Source of the DNA: Clostridia bacterium
GTDB lineage: Bacteria > Bacillota > Clostridia > Christensenellales > UBA1242
DNA: 64,000 bases
Direction of reading: 5' to 3'
Assembly: GCA_016297915.1 (NCBI GenBank)
Contig: JAEDFU010000003.1
Span: 8,843 to 72,842 of the forward strand
Shown here piece after piece: positions 28,965-37,430 of the stretch. How positions within the stretch are numbered: position 1 is the first letter of the stretch; every line of letters begins with the position of its first letter. A model generated the notes under the pieces. It was not told where the DNA came from. It saw only the letters and a list, made by a program, of their open reading frames with translations, and did not search any database. Position numbers and translations under genes: made by a program.

Positions 28965-31382
28965 TTGAATAAAAATAGTAAACTTAGAAGTATAGGTCTC
29001 ATTCTTGCTTTTGTTTTGGTATTTGGATTAATTTTCTATTTTGCTAACAAAGGCAACAGCGGTGAGATGCTTAATTCTACACAAATAGAACAAGTGGTTT
29101 TTGCTGGAAGTTATGACAAAACCACTAAGGACAAAAATGGCGAATCTATCGTCACTAAGGTTGAGACAGGTTATGTAACAGATATGTATGCGTCAGGCGG
29201 TGTTTGTTATGTAAGAGTCCAAAAGACCGATCTCAAAGGCAAGAGTTTTCCAAAATTTGCCGATTACTACTTCACTTATGCAAGAACAAATAGCCAAGCT
29301 TTGGAGTACTTTTATACATTTAACAAGATGATAGATAGTGCCAAGGCTGGTAACACAACTTTTGATGATAATGGGCTAGAAAGATCACTTACAGGTTATA
29401 GCGAACTTAACAAAATCAATATCTCTGAGGTTGTCCCTCAAGAGAGCTGGTTCTCACAAGCAATTCCTTATATCATTATGCTTATCGTTTTGGGTGTTTC
29501 TTGCTTTATTCTATTTAAGATGTTCTCAGGCAAAGGTAGCGGTGCTACAACATTTACTCGCAATCGTGCAAGAATGGTAGAAAAATGCAATGTAAAATTT
29601 GCAGATATTGCTGGCGCTGAGGAAGAAAAAGAGGAAACAAGAGAAATCGTTGAATTCCTAAAAGACCCATCCAAGTTTAGAGCATTGGGGGCAAGAATCC
29701 CCAAAGGAGTACTTTTGGTTGGTAGTCCTGGTACAGGAAAAACTCTTCTTGCCAAGGCAGTTGCAGGAGAGAGTAATGTTCCATTCTTCAGCATTTCGGG
29801 TAGTGACTTTGTTGAGCTTTATGTAGGTGTGGGTGCTAGCCGTGTAAGAGACTTGTTTGAGACAGCTAAGCGTAATGCTCCTTGTATTGTGTTTATCGAC
29901 GAAATAGACGCTGTTGGTAGACAAAGAGGTGCAGGACTTGGTGGCGGAAATGACGAAAGAGAACAAACCCTAAACCAATTACTAGTTGAAATGGATGGTT
30001 TTGATAGCAATCAAGGAATTATTATCCTTGCTGCAACTAATAGAGCTGATGTACTAGATCCAGCACTACTTAGACCGGGCAGATTTGATAGACAAATTTA
30101 TGTTAATGTCCCAGATGTTAAAGGTAGAGAGGGAATTATCAAAATCCACGCTGCCAACAAGCCAATTGAGGAGAGTGTAAACTTCCAAGATATCGCTAGA
30201 CTTACTAGCGGATTTACAGGAGCGGATATCGAAAACTTCCTAAACGAAGCCGCAATTTTGGCTGCAAGAGACAATAGATTTACAATTACTATGGAAGATA
30301 TCACAGAGGGTATCAACAAGGTTATTATGGGGCCTCAAAAGAAGAGCCGACTAGTAACCGAAAATGACAAAAAATTGACTGCTTACCACGAGAGTGGTCA
30401 TGCAATCATTGCTAAATTTATGGATTGTGGCGACACAGTTCACGAAGTTTCAATTATTCCAAGAGGAATGGCTGGTGGATATACAAATATCCGTCCTAGC
30501 GACGACGATAGTCACTATTCCCTAAATAAGCTCAACAATAGAATTTGTATGATGATGGGCGGCAGAATCGCCGAAGAAATCATGTTTAACGACATCAGTG
30601 CTGGTGCAAGTTCAGATATTCAAAAAGCAACAGAACTAGCTCGCAAAATGGTTGTTGAATGGGGTATGAGCGACAAACTTGGATTTATGAGTTTTGGCAA
30701 AAATAACGAAGTATTTATCGGAAGAGACTATCAAGTCCAAAATCAATACAGTGAGCACACCGCTCAAATTATTGATGAGGAAATCAAAAAGATTTTGGAC
30801 GAAAACTACAAGCGTGCCAAAGATTTGCTTAAGAGCAAGCGAGATTTGCTAGATAGCATGGCAGATTTGCTACTTAAGGAAGAGACTATTTACGGCGAGG
30901 AAGTTGATGACTTAATCGCAGGCAAGAGTGCTGACGAAATTGAGACTCGTTTGCACGAAAGAGAACAAAAACGAAAAGAAAAAGAGGACGGCATCCGAAA
31001 AGAAAACGAGCTAGTTAAGCAAGCCAAATTGCAAGAACTCAAAATCAAGGCTGCCGAGGCACTCAAAGACGCAGGAGTTATCGGAGCAGACGAATTTGAC
31101 AAACTTGTAAGCGAGTACGAAAAGATAACCAAAGAAAAAGACGAATATCTAAGCAAACGCAATGATGAACTCAAAGCAAACGCAAAAGAAAAATTAGAGG
31201 CAAAAAAAGCAGGTGAGAAAAATCCGAGTGAACAAGACAAGCCTGAAAGTACTGCCAAAAAATCGGTTAAAAAGACAACTAGGGTCAAAAAATTAGATAA
31301 CAAGACCGTTGAAGAAAGAAAAAATTCCAAGACAAAAAAGACCCCTAAGTCCAAAGAAACCGACAAAAAAGACAAAAAGTAA
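28965..31382 (+). CDS. ftsH: ATP-dependent zinc metalloprotease FtsH with a long K/E-rich C-terminal tail
   Basis: Walker [17 protein letters not shown] region, HESGHA zinc site. GGAGG lies 5 nt (TCACA) before the TTG at 28965. Confidence 0.95.
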   Translation: MNKNSKLRSIGLILAFVLVFGLIFYFANKGNSGEMLNSTQIEQVVFAGSYDKTTKDKNGESIVTKVETGYVTDMYASGGVCYVRVQKTDLKGKSFPKFADYYFTYARTNSQALEYFYTFNKMIDSAKAGNTTFDDNGLERSLTGYSELNKINISEVVPQESWFSQAIPYIIMLIVLGVSCFILFKMFSGKGSGATTFTRNRARMVEKCNVKFADIAGAEEEKEETREIVEFLKDPSKFRALGARIPKGVLLVGSPGTGKTLLAKAVAGESNVPFFSISGSDFVELYVGVGASRVRDLFETAKRNAPCIVFIDEIDAVGRQRGAGLGGGNDEREQTLNQLLVEMDGFDSNQGIIILAATNRADVLDPALLRPGRFDRQIYVNVPDVKGREGIIKIHAANKPIEESVNFQDIARLTSGFTGADIENFLNEAAILAARDNRFTITMEDITEGINKVIMGPQKKSRLVTENDKKLTAYHESGHAIIAKFMDCGDTVHEVSIIPRGMAGGYTNIRPSDDDSHYSLNKLNNRICMMMGGRIAEEIMFNDISAGASSDIQKATELARKMVVEWGMSDKLGFMSFGKNNEVFIGRDYQVQNQYSEHTAQIIDEEIKKILDENYKRAKDLLKSKRDLLDSMADLLLKEETIYGEEVDDLIAGKSADEIETRLHEREQKRKEKEDGIRKENELVKQAKLQELKIKAAEALKDAGVIGADEFDKLVSEYEKITKEKDEYLSKRNDELKANAKEKLEAKKAGEKNPSEQDKPESTAKKSVKKTTRVKKLDNKTVEERKNSKTKKTPKSKETDKKDKK

Positions 31383-31471
31383 TATAGACTACAAATTAAA
31401 GCAAATTAATTGACTAAAATTCAAATTTTTGTTAACCTAACTAGGTAATTAATCAAAAAGGAAGTAAGACA

Positions 31472-32092
31472 ATGACAAGCAGAGTTAAAAAAATATTGTC
31501 AATAGTAATCATAAGCGTTATCGTTTTGATAACAGCATTAACTGTCATTTTGGCAATCGTGCCTAAGAGACTATATAACCCAGTAACAGAGGGGTATTAT
31601 AGAGTTGCTGTGTACAAAGATGGCAAAGATGCTGGTGGCTATAACCTTACTGGAGATATGACCGATAAGGAAAAAGATTTCAAGAAAAAATTGGCTAGAT
31701 ACTTAGACGAGAGCTTTAAGGATAATTGCCTAAGCTCATTATTCCAAGGCACAGGCAGATATGAGAGCAAAGTTATTAGCAAAAACGAAGAAAATATTGT
31801 TTCTAATATTGCTAAGGCTAGCGGTGCAGTAGTTTTGAGATTTGAATATTCTGAGGCTCAAAAATTAATATTCAATGGCAAAGAATACAAAAATTCACAA
31901 GCTTCTGACCCAACAAAAACTATCACATTTACTAGAATTTATATGCCTCTAAGCAACGACGGAGATTTCCAAGAGAGAATTGTATATTTGACAAGCGGTA
32001 CTAGTACAACATCGTCTTATCAAATCAAATTCCTTGCTCACCAAGGAGACCTATATAACTATATCTCAAGCCTCGAAAACGATAGCCTTTGA
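31472..32092 (+). CDS. Hypothetical membrane-anchored protein
   Basis: AGGAAG RBS, one N-terminal TM helix, followed by a terminator. Confidence 0.65.
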   Translation: MTSRVKKILSIVIISVIVLITALTVILAIVPKRLYNPVTEGYYRVAVYKDGKDAGGYNLTGDMTDKEKDFKKKLARYLDESFKDNCLSSLFQGTGRYESKVISKNEENIVSNIAKASGAVVLRFEYSEAQKLIFNGKEYKNSQASDPTKTITFTRIYMPLSNDGDFQERIVYLTSGTSTTSSYQIKFLAHQGDLYNYISSLENDSL

Positions 32093-32130
32093 TATAGCAA
32101 AAAAGGGCAACAAAGGGTGTGGCGACTATC

Positions 32131-32168
32131 AAAAAAATTTGCAACCGACAAAGTTGCAATTTTTTTTT
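32131..32168 (+). terminator. Rho-independent terminator
   Basis: TTGCAAC-cgacaaa-GTTGCAA followed by T9. Confidence 0.75.
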
Positions 32169-32220
32169 GAAAAATATTTAAGCAAAAGCCCCAGGCTTAC
32201 AAGTTTTTTAAAAATTATTG

Positions 32221-32249
32221 TTGACAAATTTGGCATAATTAGATATACT
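32221..32249 (+). promoter_or_regulatory. Sigma-A-type promoter for rpmH
   Basis: TTGACA, 17-nt spacer, TATACT. Confidence 0.55.
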
Positions 32250-32396
32250 TATAAAGCAATTTTATTTATACTGGATTAGTATGGGCTAATTGCACAAGAT
32301 TAATGCATTAAGGTTATGCAAATCTAAGATAAATTAGGAAATTTTCCGCCTATCAAAGTAGCGGATTTTCAAAATACAAAAAGGAAGGAATTTACA

Positions 32397-32531
32397 ATGA
32401 AAAGAACTTATCAACCAAAAAAGAGACAAAGAAGCAAAGTTCACGGCTTTAGAGCAAGAATGAAAACTAAAGGTGGAAAAAAAGTCCTAAAGAACAGAAG
32501 AAATCGTGGCAGACAAAAACTAAGTGCGTAA
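32397..32531 (+). CDS. rpmH: 50S ribosomal protein L34
   Basis: Hand-translated 44-aa ORF, below the ORF-track cutoff: [56 protein letters not shown]. Confidence 0.95.
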   Translation: MKRTYQPKKRQRSKVHGFRARMKTKGGKKVLKNRRNRGRQKLSA

Positions 32532-32545
32532 AAAATACTAGAGAC

Positions 32546-32596
32546 GAAATATTAAAGGTGTAGAAAAATACGACTTTAATATTTCTTTGTTTATTT
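32546..32596 (+). terminator. Hairpin plus T-rich tract between rpmH and rnpA (partial terminator or attenuator)
   Basis: 12-bp stem GAAATATTAAAG / CTTTAATATTTC followed by TTTGTTTATTT. Confidence 0.45.
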
Positions 32597-32630
32597 GGTG
32601 CAATCAAATCTTGGACAAGGGAGGATGCAA

Positions 32631-32972
32631 ATGTTAAAGAGTGCCAATAGGCTCAAAAAACGCAAAGAATTTGCCTATCTATACAATAACGGCAAAGCTA
32701 AACATTCAAACTATCTAACCCTAGTCTATCTCCCAACCAAACATCGACCACTCAAAATCGGTTTTTCTATTAGCAAAAAAATTGGCAAAGCACATACTCG
32801 AAATCTTATCAAACGCAGATTAAGAGCGATTGTTAGAGAACAAGTGCCTAATCTTTTGGACAATTACAATGCTGTTTTTATAGCAAAAACAGGCATCGAA
32901 AATTTGTCGTTTGCTGATTTAAGAAAAAATGTACTTTATCTTTTGGATAATTCGGAGCTAAAAAAGTGCTAA
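32631..32972 (+). CDS. rnpA: Ribonuclease P protein component
   Basis: LKKRKEF…, the basic KAHTRNLIKRRLR motif (RNR box), and position after rpmH. GGGAGG RBS favours the ATG at 32631. Confidence 0.9.
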   Translation: MLKSANRLKKRKEFAYLYNNGKAKHSNYLTLVYLPTKHRPLKIGFSISKKIGKAHTRNLIKRRLRAIVREQVPNLLDNYNAVFIAKTGIENLSFADLRKNVLYLLDNSELKKC

Positions 32973-33244
32973 AAGTATTTTTGGAGGCACTTATCTATCC
33001 AATCAAGGTTTTGTGTTTGGATTTGGTTTATATGTACAAATTTTTGATAAGCCCAATGCTAAATCACACTTGTAGGTTTTATCCCACATGCTCGTCATAT
33101 ATGCTAATTGCAATAGATGAGTGGGGAGTGTTCAAGGGGATTTGGCTGGGACTATGTAGGATTTGTAGGTGTAGACCCAAGGGAAATTATGGATACGACT
33201 TTGTACCCACAAATTTAAAAGGAGAATTAAAATGGATTTACTAA
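32966..33244 (+). CDS. yidD: Membrane protein insertion efficiency factor YidD
   Basis: YKFLISP.L…CRF.PTCS.Y…A…G…G..L...RI.RC.P signature. Confidence 0.9.
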   Translation: MLKVFLEALIYPIKVLCLDLVYMYKFLISPMLNHTCRFYPTCSSYMLIAIDEWGVFKGIWLGLCRICRCRPKGNYGYDFVPTNLKGELKWIY

Positions 33245-34320
33245 ATGCAGTTACATTAGTAAAACCGTTGGGTTTCTGGCCGGGTATTATTTATGGCATG
33301 GAAGGTGCTGTTGGCAACTATGCCTTGGCACTAATTCTAGTTACTATTATTATCAAACTTATAATGGTTCCACTAGATTTTGTCAATAGATATACTTCAA
33401 AAAAGAGTGCTAGAAAGCAAGCGGAAATCAAACCCGAACTAGATAAAATCAACGCAAAGTATGCAAATGACAAAAATTTGCTAAATCAAAAAACCATGGA
33501 GCTTTACAAGGCTCATAACTACAATATCACAGGTACATGCTTTGGCATGCTTGCTTACTTGGTTTTGACAATGGTTGTATTCTGGACACTATTCGGAGCA
33601 CTTAATAATATTTCTGCTTACAAAATTGGTGACCAATACTTGCAAGTCCGCAAGGAATACTTTGCAGTATACGAGATAGATGTAGATAGTCTTGCAGATG
33701 AGCAAACAGTTATGGATGCGTACAATGCCAAACTTGAGACCTTGACCGAAGAACAACAGATTGAGCTTAAGAATACTGCTGACAAAAAGGCAAAAGACAA
33801 ATATGACCAAGTATCAACATCATTCTTGTGGATTAAGAATATTTGGCTTGCTGACTCAACTGTTAGCCCTGTCATGAAATATGATGACTTTATCAAAAAA
33901 TCCAAAGTAACCAAAGCACAAGTTAGTGCTGACGAATACAATTTGGTTATAACCCCAATGAGTAGTGTTGAGCGAAAAAATAACGGATACTTTGTTCTTG
34001 CTGTTTTGGCAGCTGGACTAAACTATCTAAGCTATGGCATTAATAACTGGATTTCCAAGGCTAGAGCCAAAAAGAAAGGTTTAGATCCAAACTTGGCAAG
34101 TAATACATCCAACAAGGCAATGTCAATTATTATGCCAATAATCATGGGTATATTTACATTATTCTATAACGCAGCGTTTGGTTTGTATATCGTTGCAGGT
34201 GCACTCATAACTCTTATCACAAGCCCACTAGTAACTCTATTTGTAGACATGTTGGAGTTTGATGCAATTAGCAAAGAAAAACAAAAAACCGTGGCAATAT
34301 ACGATAGAAAAAGGAAGTAA
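33232..34320 (+). CDS. yidC: Membrane protein insertase YidC
   Basis: Position after yidD, TM pattern, and the LYKAHNYN / MPIIMGIFTLF regions typical of YidC/Oxa1. Confidence 0.9.
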   Translation: MDLLNAVTLVKPLGFWPGIIYGMEGAVGNYALALILVTIIIKLIMVPLDFVNRYTSKKSARKQAEIKPELDKINAKYANDKNLLNQKTMELYKAHNYNITGTCFGMLAYLVLTMVVFWTLFGALNNISAYKIGDQYLQVRKEYFAVYEIDVDSLADEQTVMDAYNAKLETLTEEQQIELKNTADKKAKDKYDQVSTSFLWIKNIWLADSTVSPVMKYDDFIKKSKVTKAQVSADEYNLVITPMSSVERKNNGYFVLAVLAAGLNYLSYGINNWISKARAKKKGLDPNLASNTSNKAMSIIMPIIMGIFTLFYNAAFGLYIVAGALITLITSPLVTLFVDMLEFDAISKEKQKTVAIYDRKRK

Positions 34321-34325
34321 AAGAT

Positions 34326-35039
34326 ATGAGAAATATTGAAGTAACCGCAAAAACTGTTGACCAAGCAATCGAAAAAGGTTTGCAAATGTTGGGTGTAAAC
34401 AAAGAGGATATTGAGGTAAAAGTTATATCTGAAGGTAGTATGCTCAAAAAAGCTGTTGTTGAAATTTATACTTTTGCAAACGAACAAGAAAGAGAAGATT
34501 ACAAAAAATCCAATACAGCCAAAAAAGAAATTAAATTAGTCAAGACCGAGGAAGACCAAATTGTCGAAGTATCATCTGAGGGTGTCGAAGATGTAACCAA
34601 AATTGTTATTCCATTCCTTGAGGGAATCCTATCCCATATGAACATAGAGGGAACTGTTACAAGAGGCGTTAGAAATGGCGATATTGTATTTAAGATTAAC
34701 GGAGATAATATCAACAATTTGATTGGCTATCATGGTGAGACACTTGAGGCTATACAATTTATCGTAAATACAATTGTAAGAAGTAAGGTCAAAGAATATC
34801 ACAAAAAAGTCTACATCGATGTAGAAAACTATCGCAGAAAAAGAGCAGAAACTGTTGAGCAAATTGCCGAAAAGGTTGCCAAAAAAGTTATTGCTACTAA
34901 GCGTAGTTTTAAGCTTGAGCCAATGAACTCTTATGAGCGAAAAGCTATCCACTTTGCATTATCTAATGTTGAACATATTGGAACTCATAGTGAGGGTGTT
35001 GAACCAAATAGATGTTTGGTTATCGACTATATTGACTAA
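34326..35039 (+). CDS. jag: RNA-binding protein Jag/KhpB (Jag_N, KH and R3H domains)
   Basis: Located after yidC. The R3H region is LEPMNSYERKAIHFALS. Confidence 0.9.
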   Translation: MRNIEVTAKTVDQAIEKGLQMLGVNKEDIEVKVISEGSMLKKAVVEIYTFANEQEREDYKKSNTAKKEIKLVKTEEDQIVEVSSEGVEDVTKIVIPFLEGILSHMNIEGTVTRGVRNGDIVFKINGDNINNLIGYHGETLEAIQFIVNTIVRSKVKEYHKKVYIDVENYRRKRAETVEQIAEKVAKKVIATKRSFKLEPMNSYERKAIHFALSNVEHIGTHSEGVEPNRCLVIDYID

Positions 35040-35067
35040 TTGTTTGCATTAAAAAACAATAAGAAAG

Positions 35068-35099
35068 TAAAAAATCACGGTTATCCGTGATTTTTTTTT
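35068..35099 (+). terminator. Terminator after jag
   Basis: AAATCACGG-ttat-CCGTGATTT followed by T9. Confidence 0.75.
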
Positions 35100-35191
35100 G
35101 TATCCAAAGTTTGGTGTATTATCTTTTTGCAATTATACAACTTGTGCTTGTTTCAATCCCTGTTTTTTGATTTCATCGCATGTGAGCGACT

Positions 35192-35224
35192 GCAAAAAAG
35201 CGACCAATTAATTGGTCGCTTTGC
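35192..35224 (-). terminator. Terminator of the minus-strand orphan operon
   Basis: Perfect palindrome AAGCGACCAATTAATTGGTCGCTT with a T-tract on the minus strand. Confidence 0.7.
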
Positions 35225-35274
35225 AAATTTTTGTTTTGAGATATCAAATATTCGATGTGTCAATTTGAGATATT

Positions 35275-36399
35275 TTACATATCTTTGCCAGACTCATTGT
35301 CACTAAGTTCTACAAGCTCACTGCTTGTAGCAAGTTTGTTTTCACCGCTTTTTGCAGAGCTATTTGCATATGCATCCAAGATTTCCAAATCCTCAGGAGT
35401 TGCATATTTTTGTTTGAACTCTTCGATTTTGTCGTACTCGTCATTGAACTTGTTCATCATATCTTGATAAGTGGCATCTGATATTTGTCCCATATCATAA
35501 TCCTCACCAATAACCTGGATGATTTCGTCAAGTTCTTTTAGTCTCTTGCCTGCTTGGATTAGGTGATAATTATCTAGAGTGTTTATAGGCTCAAGTCCAC
35601 GGCTCTTGCGATATCTATTTTCGAGAACAACTGAGATATCACTTTCCAAGAACATAAAGTCTTGTCCTTGATTGTAGATATATCCAGTAGGATAGATGTC
35701 GTATGAATTAATGATTTTTTTGCCGTCACGAGCGTAATAGTTTCTGGTTACTGGAGTAAATAATTTAGTCCCCATATCTGCCCTGTGGAAGAATGTCTTG
35801 GAACTAATTAATTTGCCGTCTGCATCCAAGAAATTGTATAGTTTGTCGTCTGTGTATGTGTTTCCAGTCTTTGGATTGGTTTTTTCGATATATTTTTCAA
35901 TCAAGTAATATCCAGTTCTTTCGTCAACTTGATTAATAATAACCGAAGGTGCAGGTGCACGCAAAACTTTGCCAGTTTGACCGTCTATCAAGATGTTTCC
36001 ACATCCGTCGCTCTCCTCAAGCAATTCGCTATTGGATGTTGCTACAAGAAGATTGCCATTCATATCAACCTCATTTGGGGTTTTGCCTGGAATGTATATT
36101 GCAGTTTTTGTAAGGGGTGCAATTTCATTTTTGTTTACACCCTTAACAAAATCCTGATATGTCATATTCTCGTCTTTTTTGTAAACATTCCATAGATAAG
36201 CACCGATTGTTCTGCCATTCTCGACTGGAGTTGTTCCATTTGCTCTTGCAATTAGAGTATTTATCCAAGACTCTCTTGGATTGTGACTAGCACCAGTCAA
36301 AAATTGGAATATATATAGTCCGTTTGAACCTCTTACATATGTGTCAAGTTCTTTTTTGTTTGAGTTGCCTCTGTATTGTATTTGATTTTCTTTTGCCAT
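35275..36399 (-). CDS. Hypothetical cytosolic protein with D-x-(N/D)-G-K-like beta-repeat motifs and an acidic helical C-terminus
   Basis: GGTGG RBS lies 7 nt before the ATG at 36399. Recurrent motifs: VDMNGNLLV, IDGQTGKVL, LDADGKLIS, ARDGKKII. No signal peptide and no catalytic motif recognised. Confidence 0.75.
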   Translation of the reverse strand: MAKENQIQYRGNSNKKELDTYVRGSNGLYIFQFLTGASHNPRESWINTLIARANGTTPVENGRTIGAYLWNVYKKDENMTYQDFVKGVNKNEIAPLTKTAIYIPGKTPNEVDMNGNLLVATSNSELLEESDGCGNILIDGQTGKVLRAPAPSVIINQVDERTGYYLIEKYIEKTNPKTGNTYTDDKLYNFLDADGKLISSKTFFHRADMGTKLFTPVTRNYYARDGKKIINSYDIYPTGYIYNQGQDFMFLESDISVVLENRYRKSRGLEPINTLDNYHLIQAGKRLKELDEIIQVIGEDYDMGQISDATYQDMMNKFNDEYDKIEEFKQKYATPEDLEILDAYANSSAKSGENKLATSSELVELSDNESGKDM

Positions 36400-36415
36400 G
36401 ATAAATACCACCTTT

Positions 36416-36952
36416 TTAGAATTCAAATTGATTTTTTTCTTTGCGATCCAAACTTTTTTGTATTGCCTTGTGAATAGCCAAAGATTTTTCTTGTTGTTTT
36501 TTGGCCAGACTTTCTAGTAGTTTTGAAATTATTTTGGCAAAATGAGCATATTGACCGTATGTATATTTTGTATTGTCTAATTTGTGCTTTTTGTCAAGTT
36601 TTTTGCTCGATGTTGAGCACTTTTCCATGTTAACTATATCTGCAGTGATTTTGTCTGACAAGCAATCCTTGATGGATATACAACTAAGTATATCTATTTC
36701 AGGGTCCAAACCATATATCAAGGATACATAATTGTCTATAACGCGTATTGATTGCGCATCAAGCAACTTTTGAACAAAGTTGTTTTGATAATCGCTAGCA
36801 CATGTCTTGTCACCATTAATCAGATTAATTGGTGCAATTTCTTCGGTAACCAAACTCTTGATTTTGGTTTCCCTAGTATTGGTTATGTAAGGTATTATTT
36901 CGTGGTCAGCAATCAAAAACCCAACTTTTTCTAATTTAACTTTATTTTCCAT
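36416..36952 (-). CDS. Hypothetical protein, first gene of the orphan two-gene operon
   Basis: 178-aa ORF whose stop lies 16 nt upstream of the next gene's start. No recognisable motif. Confidence 0.65.
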   Translation of the reverse strand: MENKVKLEKVGFLIADHEIIPYITNTRETKIKSLVTEEIAPINLINGDKTCASDYQNNFVQKLLDAQSIRVIDNYVSLIYGLDPEIDILSCISIKDCLSDKITADIVNMEKCSTSSKKLDKKHKLDNTKYTYGQYAHFAKIISKLLESLAKKQQEKSLAIHKAIQKSLDRKEKNQFEF

Positions 36953-37370
36953 ACCTTTTTCTACTCCATTTTACATATCGGATTTTGTTGAACTAATTGT
37001 CCATAGTTCCTATAGTCATTACAATAATTGCTTGATTATTTCGACTTATTGCTAAAACATAAATTGCTTATTGAAGTCGTCGTCTCTTTGTTGTGCTACT
37101 TTACATTGTTCATTGTACTTGACCATTTTCATGATTTTATCCACATTTTTACTTAATGTTTTTTTCACTTACGCAATAGCCCAATTACTATCGCTTTTGC
37201 CAGTCCCATATTACTTATTATATTCTATCATGTAGGAATATCAATGTCAATACTGATTTTTCAAAATTTATTTTGGGCTCAATTTATTTGGCTAAATTAT
37301 GATTATTTGCTATACTTAAATGTGGTTTGTTTTGAGCAGTCCAAATTTATTTTGGCAATCAAACAAACTC

Positions 37371-37403
37371 GCAGAAAAACTGCAGAAAAAACTGCAGAAA
37401 AAC
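37371..37403. repeat. Three tandem copies of GCAGAAAAA(A)CT in the tex upstream region
   Basis: Direct reading: gcagaaaaact gcagaaaaaact gcagaaaaac. Confidence 0.8.
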
Positions 37404-37430
37404 AAAAAGAATGAAACTAAAGGAATTTTT

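Noticed and set aside
37137-37145. Perfect DnaA box TTATCCACA in the 478-bp intergenic region upstream of tex, raising the possibility of an oriC
   Set aside because: I found only a single perfect box and no cluster of boxes or adjacent dnaA/dnaN. One 9-mer match in 64 kb of AT-rich DNA is plausibly chance.
37320-37430. N-terminal 37-codon extension of tex in the ORF track
   Set aside because: The conserved Tex N-terminus begins at the ATG at 37431. The extension covers the GCAGAAAAACT tandem repeat and promoter-like AT-rich DNA.
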